From a virus (Duplodnaviria; Caudoviricetes), in IMG/VR virus record IMGVR_UViG_3300026851_000044, positions 1 through 55,503 of that record: a stretch of DNA of 55,503 bases; one strand, written 5' to 3'. Below, one piece after another: positions 28,289 through 38,578 of the stretch (position 1 is the stretch's first letter; every line of letters starts with the position of its first letter). The position numbers and the translations under genes are program-made. Under the pieces are notes generated by a model. It worked only from the letters and a program-made list of their open reading frames with translations, had not been told where the DNA came from and made no database searches.

Positions 28289-29439
28289 GCTCGTGCTCCT
28301 TTCGCGCCGCGCGCGGTTCCAGTTTGAGCCGCTTGGCGAGCAGCCCAAATCGAGTTGGGGTCAGGTTGTTTGGCCAGCACCTTGGGTGCCGGATCGTCCG
28401 CCAACGGCAGACTGTTGTCGATTTCAAAGCCCTTGCCGCTGGTGACAATCTTGTCGAACAAACGCGCCCGCACCGCCGCCGCATCCAAACCGGCCGCGAC
28501 ATATTCGGCGCTGAATTCCGGCAGACGTGCGGCCACGCAGAGATCGTTCACCGCCTTGGCACGTGCCAGGCTGGCGAGAACGATTTCCTCGCTTTCAAGC
28601 TGGGTAGACTTGAGCAGCGGCTCGATCAGGTTGCTGATGCCCGCCGCCGTGCAGCGCTGAGTGATCATCAATGCCAACTTGGCAGAGTCGACTACGGGCG
28701 GCACCAGAGGCGGCTCCACAGGTTCCAGTTCAGGATCCAGTTCAGGTGGTTCGTCGAGTTGCGCCACCAACTCAACCGGAGCGTGCTGGAACCGTTGCAA
28801 CACAGCGCCTTGACCGAGGCATGCTTTGACTTTGATGCCGTCTCCGACTTCGTCTGCAAGACCAAGAGCCACCGCTTCGTTAGCAGTCAGCCAGGTTTCA
28901 GCATCAACCATTCGCCGCAGTTCGGCGTCATCGATGTCGGGCGCCTTGGCTTTATAGGCCGCGATGATCGCCTCCAAGGTTTGATCCAATACATCAGCGA
29001 CCCGGCGGAAGTCCTCAGCGCCACCGCCTGCATAGGTGTATGGGTTGTGAATCATCAACATGGCGTTCGCCGCGATGACTACGCGGTGTGCACCGCACAC
29101 GGCGACACTCGCGGCACTGGCAGCAAGCGCATCGATTCGTCCGGTGCAACGCTCGCCCAGACGCGACAGCGCGTTGTGCATGGCCAGACCGTCAAACAGG
29201 TCGCCGCCGATACTGTTGAACGCGGCGATCACCGGTGACACACCATCATCCATGGCGCGCAGATCCTGCACGAACTGGTTGGCAGTGATGCCCCACGCGC
29301 CGATCTCGCCATAGACGAAAACCTCGATCACTCGCTCGGTGGCCTCTCCGCTGGCCTGCAGGGCGTACCAGGTCTTGTCCTGAACTTCGACGCGTTTGCC
29401 TGCGCGGTTGTAAATGCGCGGTCGCGCTTGCTTGCTCAT
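28285..29439 (-). CDS. ClpP-like prohead protease with scaffold extension
   Basis: YGEIG, NSIGGD, AASAAS, MIHNP, ETWLTA. Confidence 0.92.
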   Translation of the reverse strand: MSKQARPRIYNRAGKRVEVQDKTWYALQASGEATERVIEVFVYGEIGAWGITANQFVQDLRAMDDGVSPVIAAFNSIGGDLFDGLAMHNALSRLGERCTGRIDALAASAASVAVCGAHRVVIAANAMLMIHNPYTYAGGGAEDFRRVADVLDQTLEAIIAAYKAKAPDIDDAELRRMVDAETWLTANEAVALGLADEVGDGIKVKACLGQGAVLQRFQHAPVELVAQLDEPPELDPELEPVEPPLVPPVVDSAKLALMITQRCTAAGISNLIEPLLKSTQLESEEIVLASLARAKAVNDLCVAARLPEFSAEYVAAGLDAAAVRARLFDKIVTSGKGFEIDNSLPLADDPAPKVLAKQPDPNSIWAARQAAQTGTARGAKGARA

Positions 29440-30917
29440 GGTTGCTCCTTGTCGTCACTGTCATCGACGGCATAAAGGGTGTTGTAGTTGAGGCCCAGTT
29501 TTGAGGCCCGTGCCAGATCGGCGGCGTTTTCCAGATCGACCGTTTCGGCGTCGTAGCCGGTGCGCAGGACCATCTCGCTGCGGGAAGAAAACCCAGCCTG
29601 TACTTCCATCCGGCGTGCCTGCACGTCCTGTACTGGCTGGATATAGGCCCAGCCTTGTGGAACCCAGCGAGTGCGCAGGTACTGGCGGCGTTTCTGTGCG
29701 TAATCGTCCAGCACCAGAACACCCGACAGCACCGCCATGTCCATCCACGCAGCCCGTACAGGACGGCAAAGTTGGTGTACGTACACGCTGAATTGCAGTT
29801 GCTCCAGACGGCGCCGAAATTCGTTGAGCACCACCCGAAGCGCCCGGTCGTTGATACCGCGCATGTCTCCGGTGAGGATCTCGTAAGGCGTGCCCGACCC
29901 CGCTGCAGCAGCCATCAGCTGTTGCCGCATGAAGTCCGGGTAGTTGTTGCCAGCGTCTGGCGGTTTGGAGAACTCCACCTCCTCACCCGCGCCCAGTTCC
30001 TGCATGGTGCCGGGTTCGAGCGCGACCATCGGGGTGAAGCCATCGCGATCCAGATCGAGCGGCTGACCGGTCACCGGATCTCTGGGAAGAGGCCCCGAGT
30101 CCGGCGCTGGACGCTTGATGAAACCGGCAAAGAGGTTGGCCACTTCCTGGCGGAACAGCACCGCGTCGTCGTAGTTGTCCAGACTGCGCAGGCGTTTGAG
30201 CACCGGCGACAATCGCGGCACACCGCGCAACTGGCCAGGCTCCACCGGTTCGAAGATGTGCAGCACCTGAGTAGCCGGCACGCGGACCAGTTGGCTGTAG
30301 CCAGCGTTCAGCGAGGCTGCATCGCGCGGATGCGACAGGTACATCCAGTACGCCACCCGCTTGCCGCCGGGTGTGAACTCGATGCCAGCGCGGATGACGT
30401 TGCCGTTTTTGGTGGTCTCGAATTTGTCGTGCGGCACAAATTCCGGTGCGAGTATCTGCAGCTGCAGCGGAACGGCCAAGCCTTCATCCAGACCGCGTGG
30501 ACGCAACCGAACGAAGCATTCGCCCGAGGTTTCAACCGTGCGCGCCACCAGCGCCTGCTGGCCGTAGAAGTCGGTGCGATCATCCGCATCCGACTCATCG
30601 ACCCAATCCCCCCACAGCTCCTGCAAAAGTTTGCGCAAAGCATCGTCGTCGGTTGTGGGTCGAGGGGTGATGCCCGTGCCGATCAGGTTACTGACGCGCT
30701 TGTCGATGACATTGAAGGCATACGGATCATTGCGAACCGCCGCCCGGGAGCGCGACCGCAGGTTGCGCAGTGCCGGGGTGTTGATGCTGTTGATCCCGTT
30801 GTCGGGAGCGTCCCAACCGGTGGAGCGGCGCCCTTCCCCAGCGCCCTCGTAGCTGGCCTTGATGTTGGACGGCAGGACAAATCCGTTACGGGTCAACGTT
30901 GGAAAATGTCGGGCCAT
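29436..30917 (-). CDS. Portal protein (lambda family)
   Basis: LRSRSRAAVRND, GQLRGVP, YEILTGD. Confidence 0.93.
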   Translation of the reverse strand: MARHFPTLTRNGFVLPSNIKASYEGAGEGRRSTGWDAPDNGINSINTPALRNLRSRSRAAVRNDPYAFNVIDKRVSNLIGTGITPRPTTDDDALRKLLQELWGDWVDESDADDRTDFYGQQALVARTVETSGECFVRLRPRGLDEGLAVPLQLQILAPEFVPHDKFETTKNGNVIRAGIEFTPGGKRVAYWMYLSHPRDAASLNAGYSQLVRVPATQVLHIFEPVEPGQLRGVPRLSPVLKRLRSLDNYDDAVLFRQEVANLFAGFIKRPAPDSGPLPRDPVTGQPLDLDRDGFTPMVALEPGTMQELGAGEEVEFSKPPDAGNNYPDFMRQQLMAAAAGSGTPYEILTGDMRGINDRALRVVLNEFRRRLEQLQFSVYVHQLCRPVRAAWMDMAVLSGVLVLDDYAQKRRQYLRTRWVPQGWAYIQPVQDVQARRMEVQAGFSSRSEMVLRTGYDAETVDLENAADLARASKLGLNYNTLYAVDDSDDKEQP

Positions 30918-31123
30918 CAGACCCCCTTCCCAGCATGGTACAGCCGGACCACGCGCGAACGTGGCCCGGCAGCGCTTGCCAACGACGAGCGTATTTCTTC
31001 CCGCGCCTTGAGCAGCTCATCGACCGTGCGGTATTCCACGGTGCGGTCGGTGTAGCGCACAGTTTTCTCACCGCGAGCAATGGCCGCCTCAACCGCGTCG
31101 AGGTGCTTTTTTGTAAAGGACAT
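30917..31123 (-). CDS. gpW-like head completion protein
   Basis: 68 aa, AIARGEKTVRYTDRTVEYR; between terminase and portal. Confidence 0.85.
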   Translation of the reverse strand: MSFTKKHLDAVEAAIARGEKTVRYTDRTVEYRTVDELLKAREEIRSSLASAAGPRSRVVRLYHAGKGV

Positions 31124-31124
31124 A

Positions 31125-33149
31125 TCAGCGTCTCTTCAGATAGCCGCTGGCAGAGCTGCGGCGTTGAGGGGGTGCTGCCGGTCGCGCTTGCGTAACCGGT
31201 GCAGCGGGTGATGGTGCGGGCTGGGCTTGGCGTACAGCAGCAGGCGTCGGTGTTTGCTCAACATCAAGTCGCTCGCCCTGAACAGACTTGATGCCGAGGG
31301 CATCGTCGAACAAACCGGACTGGGCCAGCGCCTGCCGCACCCGATCCCAGTCGTGTTCCTGGTAACGGTTGATGCCGAGGTAATGCGCCATCGCGAGGCA
31401 GTAAACCATCAGGTCGAGCGCCTCGTTGCGCTCGGCCTTGCCCTTGACCCATTCGATGCGCTTGTGACCGCGCACGTAGCGCACGACTTTGCGTTCGGCG
31501 ACGCACTGGGCGAAGAACTCGTCCGGCAGGTCGTTGGCAAAGTGCAGCGAGCCGGGGCCGTCCGGGAACGGGTAGCGGTTGTAGATCCAGTCTTTGGCGG
31601 TGTCGGTACCGACGAACCATAGTTCGGCGCCGTTGCGTTCGGTCTGGCCCTTCCACGTCACGTCGACCATGGACGGGCGCTGTGCAATCACCGGGCGGCC
31701 CGGCTTGCTCGCGCCCTTGATGGCGAAGATGTTGCGCCAGCGGCGAACGCGGCAGAACTGGTAGACCTCATCGGTGTGATGACCGCCGGAGTCGACACCC
31801 ACGGCGAGAATCGCCAGACCGACACCACAGGGATGCCGGTAACGGGCCTTGAGTTTCTCGTCCAGTACAGCCCAGGTGCGCTCGTCTGCCGGATCGCCCC
31901 AGATGATCTGGTGATCGACCACCCAGCGCTCCATGCCCACTCCGAAGCCCATCACCATCAGTTCCAGGCGGTTGGCCTGGACGTCGACGGCGCCGGTCAG
32001 CATCAGCACACCGGCCGGCATCGCGCCGAGGGTGTAGGTCTCCTGCCGCGCCCGAGCGATCAGCACTTCCGCCTTGGTCTGTTCGAGCGCGCTGTCCCAG
32101 ACCTTGGCCAGACGAGTGTTGTAGAACACCTGCATCAGGCTCGTGTCGCCTTGAGCCTGCGCTTTTTTGGCGTCTTCAAACTCCTCAGCAAGGCCGGCCC
32201 AATCCATCCAGCCAGTCGGCGAATACAGGGCGTTGAGATGAAAGCCAACGGTTTTGCCGTCGCCACCCGCATGGGCGCGCCACTCGCCTCGGGCGAGCAT
32301 GTCGCTCTTGTGGTGTTCCTCGATCAGCACGTCGCATTCAGGTGCTGCGCACTCGTAATGCACAGTGCTGAGGTCCTTGCTGTAGTGCAGCCGCTCCCAT
32401 TCCAGCACCTGCATATAACCGCAGGTGGGACACGGCACGTAGTAGTGTCGCTGGTCGCTCGACTCGAACAGATCCGCGATTCGCGAGGCGCCCTTAATCG
32501 TTGGCGAACTGGAAAAGTAGATCTTGGCGTTACGGCCGAAGTTGGTCGCCCGCGTCTCCGCCAGCCGGATGGGATCACCCTCTTGGCCGACGTCGTTCTC
32601 CCAGCGGTCAACCTCATCGCCGTAGATATAGCGGGCCGACAGCTCCGACAGGTTGGCCGCAGAACCGGCGGTGGTGACGTACAGCGAGCCACCCTCGAAT
32701 TCCTTGGTGTCCATCGTGTTGCGTGCGTCCCGCGAGCGGGTGGCCGCGACCCGTTCGCGCAAAACGGGGGTGGCCTTGATGGTCTTGCTGATCCGCCCAG
32801 ACACTCGCTTGGACAGGCCAAGGCTGGGGAGCAGCGCCAGAATGTTCGACGGTGCCATGTGGATTAGGCCGCCCATCCAGTTCAGGGCGATCTGCGTTTT
32901 CATCAGCTGCGAGGCCACCATGGTGACTACGCGCCTGCAGGGGTGAGCCGGCGACAGACAACGCATCGGCTCGCGGGCATAAGGTGTTCGAGAGGTGCGG
33001 TACTGGCCGGGTTCAGGGGCGCCGGTGTCACGCGGAATCCGCATGTACTCGTCGGCCCATTCGTCGATCCAGAGATCTGGGTCGGGGCGCAGTCCACGGA
33101 AATAAGCCTCACGGTACACCTCTGCACCGTCAGGAAATTCCGTGTGCAT
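31125..33149 (-). CDS. Terminase large subunit (lambda GpA family)
   Basis: SQLMKT, DEVDRW, SSPT, CPTC, VDVQ, DSGG, RNEALD. Confidence 0.95.
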   Translation of the reverse strand: MHTEFPDGAEVYREAYFRGLRPDPDLWIDEWADEYMRIPRDTGAPEPGQYRTSRTPYAREPMRCLSPAHPCRRVVTMVASQLMKTQIALNWMGGLIHMAPSNILALLPSLGLSKRVSGRISKTIKATPVLRERVAATRSRDARNTMDTKEFEGGSLYVTTAGSAANLSELSARYIYGDEVDRWENDVGQEGDPIRLAETRATNFGRNAKIYFSSSPTIKGASRIADLFESSDQRHYYVPCPTCGYMQVLEWERLHYSKDLSTVHYECAAPECDVLIEEHHKSDMLARGEWRAHAGGDGKTVGFHLNALYSPTGWMDWAGLAEEFEDAKKAQAQGDTSLMQVFYNTRLAKVWDSALEQTKAEVLIARARQETYTLGAMPAGVLMLTGAVDVQANRLELMVMGFGVGMERWVVDHQIIWGDPADERTWAVLDEKLKARYRHPCGVGLAILAVGVDSGGHHTDEVYQFCRVRRWRNIFAIKGASKPGRPVIAQRPSMVDVTWKGQTERNGAELWFVGTDTAKDWIYNRYPFPDGPGSLHFANDLPDEFFAQCVAERKVVRYVRGHKRIEWVKGKAERNEALDLMVYCLAMAHYLGINRYQEHDWDRVRQALAQSGLFDDALGIKSVQGERLDVEQTPTPAAVRQAQPAPSPAAPVTQARPAAPPQRRSSASGYLKRR

Positions 33150-33153
33150 GGGT

Positions 33154-33756
33154 TCAGTCCGTTGTCATGGCGTGTTCAAGGTCTGCTGAAGAGAGGCGCT
33201 CGGCTTCCTCCAGCGTTCGACGGAAAGTGGCGGTCAGGTGTTTTTCGATCAGCCAGGGATCAGTCATGGCGGCGAGATCGTGGGACAGTTGCGGCAAAGG
33301 GCCGAACAGTTGATCGCGCAGCAATCGGCCGGCGTTGTAGGCGCCGGTTTCTACCGCTTCTTTGGAGACCAGCGAACCTTGAGCTTTGCCCAGTTCGATC
33401 TCCGCCAGCTTGGCCATGTTGTGCTCGCGCAGGGCGCGGGCCTTCTGGAAGTCGGGCTGCTTGCCATCGCTGGTGAGAACCTGCGGCGGCGCAGCCGTGG
33501 AAGTCGGCTCGACCGAAGTGGAGAGTTGGCTGTAAACGTCACGCTGAATCCGGTCTTGTTGGTGCCGATCAGCGACGGCGGTTTTGCTTGGGTCAGCGGT
33601 GTCACGAATCAACGCTTCGCTGGCCTGCACGTCTACCAGTTTTCCGTCCGGCGTCAGCACCAGGCGGTTGTTGTTTTTCAACCAGGTGATGTAGCTCGGC
33701 GCCCTGCCGATCCGCGCCGCGAAGGCGCTTTTTGACAGGTAGGTTGGTTCTGTCAT
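33154..33756 (-). CDS. Terminase small subunit (Nu1-like)
   Basis: N-terminal HTH SKSAFAARIG, FQKARALRE coil; directly upstream of terL. Confidence 0.85.
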   Translation of the reverse strand: MTEPTYLSKSAFAARIGRAPSYITWLKNNNRLVLTPDGKLVDVQASEALIRDTADPSKTAVADRHQQDRIQRDVYSQLSTSVEPTSTAAPPQVLTSDGKQPDFQKARALREHNMAKLAEIELGKAQGSLVSKEAVETGAYNAGRLLRDQLFGPLPQLSHDLAAMTDPWLIEKHLTATFRRTLEEAERLSSADLEHAMTTD

Positions 33757-33922
33757 AAGCCCTCCTTTCAACGGCTTTTCAATGCAGACCTTTAAATTTC
33801 AATGGATTGAATTTCAGTAAGCTGGGGGCGCTCCCGCTAACAGTTTCCCGCGGGTTTCCGACCCCGTGTTCTTCAGATACCCCTAGGGTCCCCGGCGGTT
33901 TTCGGGGTGCCGGGGTGGTGCA

Positions 33923-34267
33923 TCACCCCTGCCCGCCGCTGGTTGGCGGGGCTTCGCTGAGGCCCAATCGCTTGGCAGCCCATCGTTCGTACAATCCGAT
34001 GGCAACGTCCGCGCCGGCCATCGCCGTCAGGCAACCCAACGCGCCCGCCGTCCACAGCGACATCCCGGCGGCTATCATCAACATCATCGCCGTCACCCCG
34101 CAGACAATGCAGGCCCCAGACCGAAGTGCCAGTCGGCGCAGCAAGGCCCAACCTCGCGCCCCATCCTTGTCGGCCCGCCACATCTCACCCGATACGCCGC
34201 CGACCAGGGCCAGGACGATCACTAACCAGATCGGCATCTCTGCCAGTGCTTGTTGCTCATTCGTCAT
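33923..34267 (-). CDS. Holin (R-pyocin PA0614-like)
   Basis: MTNEQQALAEMPIWLVIVLALVGG...LYERWAAKRLG, three hydrophobic segments. Confidence 0.88.
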   Translation of the reverse strand: MTNEQQALAEMPIWLVIVLALVGGVSGEMWRADKDGARGWALLRRLALRSGACIVCGVTAMMLMIAAGMSLWTAGALGCLTAMAGADVAIGLYERWAAKRLGLSEAPPTSGGQG

Positions 34268-34375
34268 GTCTGCTCCCCATGGCTTATAGATTCGGAACAT
34301 GTCCAAGTTACTTGGCTGTCACGCCAGAATGTAAGAAGCTCTATCCGACGTTTTCCAACGGATCGGAGCAGAGCA

Positions 34376-34723
34376 ATGAGTGTATTGATCGATGTCGTAA
34401 CCACAGTGGGTGTGGTTGGCTCGCTAATGATCGGATGGGTTCAACTAACAGATCAGAAGCGATTGGAGCTGCGCACATGGGCAATCAAGCTCGCAACATT
34501 TGCCAGTGTTCTGTTGGTGGCGGGCAGCGGGATATGGGAAACGATCAAGTTCGGTAGGAGTGATGCGGCTTTGACGCGCATGGATATCTTGTGGCTCCTG
34601 GCTAACCTGTGGAACACAGTATTTTATCTAGCGATTGGTGTGGCTCTTGCCGCGTACTGGTCTAGCCCCAAGAGTACGAAGGAAAAGCTGGCAGCCTTTC
34701 GAATTCCCACCATCGACAAATAA
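34376..34723 (+). CDS. Small 3-TM membrane protein (moron)
   Basis: Opposite strand to the late operon, three hydrophobic helices, followed by a hairpin at 34722-34748. Confidence 0.65.
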   Translation: MSVLIDVVTTVGVVGSLMIGWVQLTDQKRLELRTWAIKLATFASVLLVAGSGIWETIKFGRSDAALTRMDILWLLANLWNTVFYLAIGVALAAYWSSPKSTKEKLAAFRIPTIDK

Positions 34724-34919
34724 AAAAACCGGCCATTTGGCCGGTTTGTTGTACCGCTCTCTGCGGTCGCACCTATCGAAGATGACTACTTTTTACAGGT
34801 CGATTCCGGTGGCAGCAACCCTGTTTTAATGCCACCCGGTGAATAAGTGGGTAACGCAGGGTGAACGCCTAGCGAATGTCGGCGAATACACCACCACGGC
34901 ATTCTGTTGTTGCGGCGGT

Positions 34920-35195
34920 GTCCCATACGTCCCACTTTTCAGAATCGAAGTGGGACGCCTGAGAGCGCCTAAATTCGGGGCTTCGCCCCACTGTCCTACT
35001 TATCTTTCTTCTTTCTCGTGTAAAGGAAGAATTTTAAAGAACACGCGTTCGCGCGTAAGCGCGTAGTGCTCGCCCGCTACGCTTACACAGGCGGGAGGCA
35101 CTACTAGGCGGGACGGTGGGACAACCCAAAAACGACAAGGCCCGCACCTGTCCCACTGCATCAAAACGCAGCGAGACAAGACGGGCCAGTGGGAC
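34920..35195. repeat. GTCCCAC/GTGGGAC iteron-like cluster, probable phage replication origin
   Basis: About 10 exact or near copies in both orientations (e.g. 34929, 34950, 35116, 35150, 35189) flanking an AT-rich stretch at 35000-35042, downstream of the primase operon. Confidence 0.6.
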
Positions 35196-35221
35196 AACCA
35201 CAACCGGAGCGCTGCATGGGG

Positions 35222-35581
35222 TCACGCAGCCAGCCCCATCATCACGCCGAAGATCTGCAGATGCGCCTCATGCAAACGCTGGTAGTACGTGTCGCGACCA
35301 CAACCGCAGTGGGCATACCGCAAGCGCATATCCACATCGAGCGTGCAGTAATGCTCACGCACCACCGTCACCAGCTCCGGCGCGAGGTGCTTTGTCACGA
35401 TCAGCTCAATGTCCAACGAACTCTCAAGCGGCGCACGGAAGGCACGCCGCCCCCTGATCAGTTGCCCGTTGCTCTCCATCATCATCGCAACCATGTTCCC
35501 CCCAGCCAGCCCTCCTTTCGAATGCTCTGAATGCAGCTCATGCGCCCATAGACGAAGCAGCGAATCGATCTCCTTAATCAA
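35222..35581 (-). CDS. Q-like/PA0613-like late regulator
   Basis: IDSLLRLWA...REHY...CGCGRDTYYQRLHEAH C-terminal HTH; last gene before the late genes. Confidence 0.75.
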   Translation of the reverse strand: MIKEIDSLLRLWAHELHSEHSKGGLAGGNMVAMMMESNGQLIRGRRAFRAPLESSLDIELIVTKHLAPELVTVVREHYCTLDVDMRLRYAHCGCGRDTYYQRLHEAHLQIFGVMMGLAA

Positions 35582-37790
35582 AACAGGGCTCCTCGAACGC
35601 TTCACGCTGTAGCGCCGAGGCACCGCCCCACCCTGCTGGCTTCTTGTAAGCCCAAGGCCGCTGTCCACTCTTCACCAATGCAGGCAACCGCACCCGTCGC
35701 CAACCCAACCGATGCATGATCGCGCCGACGCGCATCTGCTCAGGTTTGCCCCAATGCCCAAAGTCCAACTTAAGCGCATTGGCCAGCACCTCGCTCCCGT
35801 TGGTCGTCTCACCGATCTGCGACTCTTCCAGCCAGGTCAGAATCGGCCCTTCCCATTCATCCACAACAAAACGCTCGTCCTGTTCTTCGCCGAACATTGC
35901 AGCCTCATCGAGCGTCACCCACCAAAGATCGCCCGCGTCGTAACAGAAAACGGCTTCGGCCCACAGCTGATCACGCATCGAGCGCAACAACTCCAGATCC
36001 ACCTTGGTACACGCAACCGGCCAATAACGCCGGTTGCCGGTGGCGTCCTTCAGATACTCGTCTTGGTTGGTCGTACCCACGAAAACACACTGGCGTGGTA
36101 CGTCCATCGTTCTGCGGCCGTAGCTCTCGCGGTAAGTGTCGGTGGACGCCGAAAAGAACTGTTTGGCCTTCGTACTCTCAGCCTTGTTGAAACTGTCCAG
36201 TTCGCCCAGCTCAACGATCCACTTGCCCCGGATCGCCTGAAAGCCGTCCTTGTCACCCAGCGCAAACGGCGTGTCCATGAACCACTCGCCGCCGAGGATA
36301 CTCATCGCCGTCGACTTACCGGCGCCCTGAGCACCTTCCAGAATCATCACCGAGTCAGCCTTGCAGCCGGGCTTCATCACCCGAGCCACGGCCGACAACA
36401 TCCAGCGCTTGCCGACCTTCGACGAGTAGTCGGTGGCCTTAACGCCCATGACATCGGTCAGCCAACTTTCAAGCCGGGGCACCTGATCCCACTGCAGCTT
36501 GCGCAGGTACTGGCGCACTGGATGAAACGCATGGTCATGCGCAACCACGCTCACCGCCTCGATCACATGCGAGGCCTTGACCCGCAAGTTGTACTGCTGT
36601 GCGAGCCACTTCATCACCCGCACATCATCAATGTCCGCCCAATCGCCCGTGCCGCCGCCATAAGGCGCCGCACGCAGCTTGACGATCTTCGAGCTGAACG
36701 CGCTGTAACTGATCACCCCAGCCCAACGTTCGTCATTCGCCAGGATCAGCTCGACGTTCTGCATGTGGGCAATCAACGCCCCGCTTTCACTTCGAGCCAG
36801 CATGTCCTTCCAACCACCAGCAGCCGGTGGTTTGACTACCGCCAACACCTGACGGCGAACCGCCTCCAAACCTTCCGCCACGTGCAGATCGTTGAAGTCG
36901 GTCCACTTCGCTTCCCGCTCACCGGAAAAGATCGGCGCGACCACTTGGCCACCCACGATCAGCGCCGCGTTGTTCGCCTTCTCTTCACCGGGGTTCCACG
37001 CATCACCGTTCGGTTTAGTGGTCTTCCAATCATCGTCGCGGCAGATGATCAGTGGGCAACCGGCAAACCGCTCGCGCATGGCCTTGCACACCACCAACAG
37101 ATTGCCGGCGTCAAACGCAATGGCCACGGTCAACGAGGTCGCCATGTGCAGGCTTGCGCCGGTCGCGTACCCCTCACACACCAGCACCGGCTCACCCGGA
37201 TCAGGGTGCGGTCCGATCAGGTGAAAGGCCCCCTCCTTCGACATGCCGTAAGGCCAGTAGGATTTATCCCGGCCGGTGTCTTCCTGCTTGGTGGGGAACA
37301 CCACCTGCAGGCCGACGATTTCATCGCGCACATTGCTCATCGGTACCAGGAACGCACCGCTACGCGGCGCATACCGAACGCCGAAGCCGACAATCTGCTT
37401 GCGATCCAGATAGTCACTACGGCCCTTTTCCGGCATGCGACTGAACATCCCCGCCGCCCGCTTCGCAGCACGACGTGCCGCGTTGGCCGAGATCTCAGCA
37501 GCACGGCGTTTCGCTTCCTCCTGTCGAGCGCGCATAACCTCGCGCTCTTCCGGCGACATCCGCCCTGCCTTCACCTTGATCTTCTGCGACTCGCCCGAAC
37601 GCCAGTCACCGAACGCACCGAAAATCAGCGTTTCGCCCTTCTCCGTATGCTGTTCGTGAACGACATACCAGCCGTTCTTTTCCTTGCCCTTGTCTTGCGA
37701 AGTTTTGCACCGGGTCAGCTTGCCGAACACCAGCGGCTGCAAAGGCTCAAGGCCGTAATCCGCGAATTGTCCCAACACTTCATCGAGCAT
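35574..37790 (-). CDS. TOPRIM primase fused to VirE/VapE-like helicase-ATPase
   Basis: VCEGYATG and RDDD TOPRIM motifs; LEGAQGAGKST Walker A; GTTN, DATGNRRYWPV. Confidence 0.9.
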   Translation of the reverse strand: MLDEVLGQFADYGLEPLQPLVFGKLTRCKTSQDKGKEKNGWYVVHEQHTEKGETLIFGAFGDWRSGESQKIKVKAGRMSPEEREVMRARQEEAKRRAAEISANAARRAAKRAAGMFSRMPEKGRSDYLDRKQIVGFGVRYAPRSGAFLVPMSNVRDEIVGLQVVFPTKQEDTGRDKSYWPYGMSKEGAFHLIGPHPDPGEPVLVCEGYATGASLHMATSLTVAIAFDAGNLLVVCKAMRERFAGCPLIICRDDDWKTTKPNGDAWNPGEEKANNAALIVGGQVVAPIFSGEREAKWTDFNDLHVAEGLEAVRRQVLAVVKPPAAGGWKDMLARSESGALIAHMQNVELILANDERWAGVISYSAFSSKIVKLRAAPYGGGTGDWADIDDVRVMKWLAQQYNLRVKASHVIEAVSVVAHDHAFHPVRQYLRKLQWDQVPRLESWLTDVMGVKATDYSSKVGKRWMLSAVARVMKPGCKADSVMILEGAQGAGKSTAMSILGGEWFMDTPFALGDKDGFQAIRGKWIVELGELDSFNKAESTKAKQFFSASTDTYRESYGRRTMDVPRQCVFVGTTNQDEYLKDATGNRRYWPVACTKVDLELLRSMRDQLWAEAVFCYDAGDLWWVTLDEAAMFGEEQDERFVVDEWEGPILTWLEESQIGETTNGSEVLANALKLDFGHWGKPEQMRVGAIMHRLGWRRVRLPALVKSGQRPWAYKKPAGWGGASALQREAFEEPCFD

Positions 37791-38007
37791 GGATGGCCTC
37801 CATGATCTCCTCGACCTCCTGGCAGCTCACGCATTGCGTGCAGCCAGGAACAGCTAAACGCCGCCCCTCGGGAATTGGGCTGTCGCAGTTTTCACAGAAT
37901 AGAAACGAATGCGCCGCCAATGCAGGTTTAGCGGCGTTGCGTGCAGCGAGCGCCTGATCGATACGCTCCTGCACCAGGTCATTAGCGAAGTCAGCAATGT
38001 CAGCCAC
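37780..38007 (-). CDS. TraR/DksA C4 zinc-finger protein
   Basis: ADIADFAND...CENC..PIPEGRRLAVPGCTQCVSCQ. Confidence 0.9.
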   Translation of the reverse strand: MADIADFANDLVQERIDQALAARNAAKPALAAHSFLFCENCDSPIPEGRRLAVPGCTQCVSCQEVEEIMEAIHAR

Positions 38008-38518
38008 GATCAACACCCCGCGTCGTCTGGTTGACATACGTGGCGCGGTTGAACAACCCCAGCAGCCCCTGAATCCCACGGAACACCTGCAGGCGAATCG
38101 CGGCGAGCTCCTCATCGGAAACAACCCCGTCGCCAATGCTCTTGGCCCAGGTATCCGCCAGATCCGCCACCTGCCGGAAGTACTCGGCAATCCCGGTGGT
38201 CAACGTCTCGGGCATGTCATTGGTGTACGCCTCAGCCAGCTCCTGCCAAGTCGTGTCACCGACCAACGCATGCACCGCATCCAGAATGCGGCGATCCTTG
38301 GTTAGCTCCAGAATCTCACCGAACTCTTGAATGTTCACAGTGTGGCTAGGATGGGTTGGGGAGAGCTTGTGCTGCAGCGTGGTCGCATTCCGGCCGGTGG
38401 TGGCGGCGATGGCTGCGGCGCCGCCGGGGTAGTCCCGAGCGGCATGGTAAAGCGCGAGATCGAGCGGCAAAACTTCCCGCTGCGCCCGCTCAACAGAACT
38501 CAGAGCGATACGGCTCAT
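38000..38518 (-). CDS. Phage regulatory CII-family protein
   Basis: YPGGAAAIA...TLQHKLSP, DGVVSDEE; downstream of cro. Confidence 0.8.
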   Translation of the reverse strand: MSRIALSSVERAQREVLPLDLALYHAARDYPGGAAAIAATTGRNATTLQHKLSPTHPSHTVNIQEFGEILELTKDRRILDAVHALVGDTTWQELAEAYTNDMPETLTTGIAEYFRQVADLADTWAKSIGDGVVSDEELAAIRLQVFRGIQGLLGLFNRATYVNQTTRGVDRG

Positions 38519-38578
38519 GGCATTAATCCTTGTAAGTTGCCAGTGCCGCGCGACATGCAGTGGTGATACATTTGCCGC

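Noticed and set aside
26927-32867. Several long plus-strand ORFs (334, 304, 466, 363 aa) opposite the head genes
   Set aside because: Shadows of the capsid, protease, portal and terminase genes
33780-33920. cos site upstream of the small terminase
   Set aside because: Position fits a lambda-like phage, but I cannot identify the cut site from sequence alone
35712-37805. 697-aa plus-strand ORF
   Set aside because: Antisense shadow of the primase gene; no motifs, and expected from GC-rich codon bias
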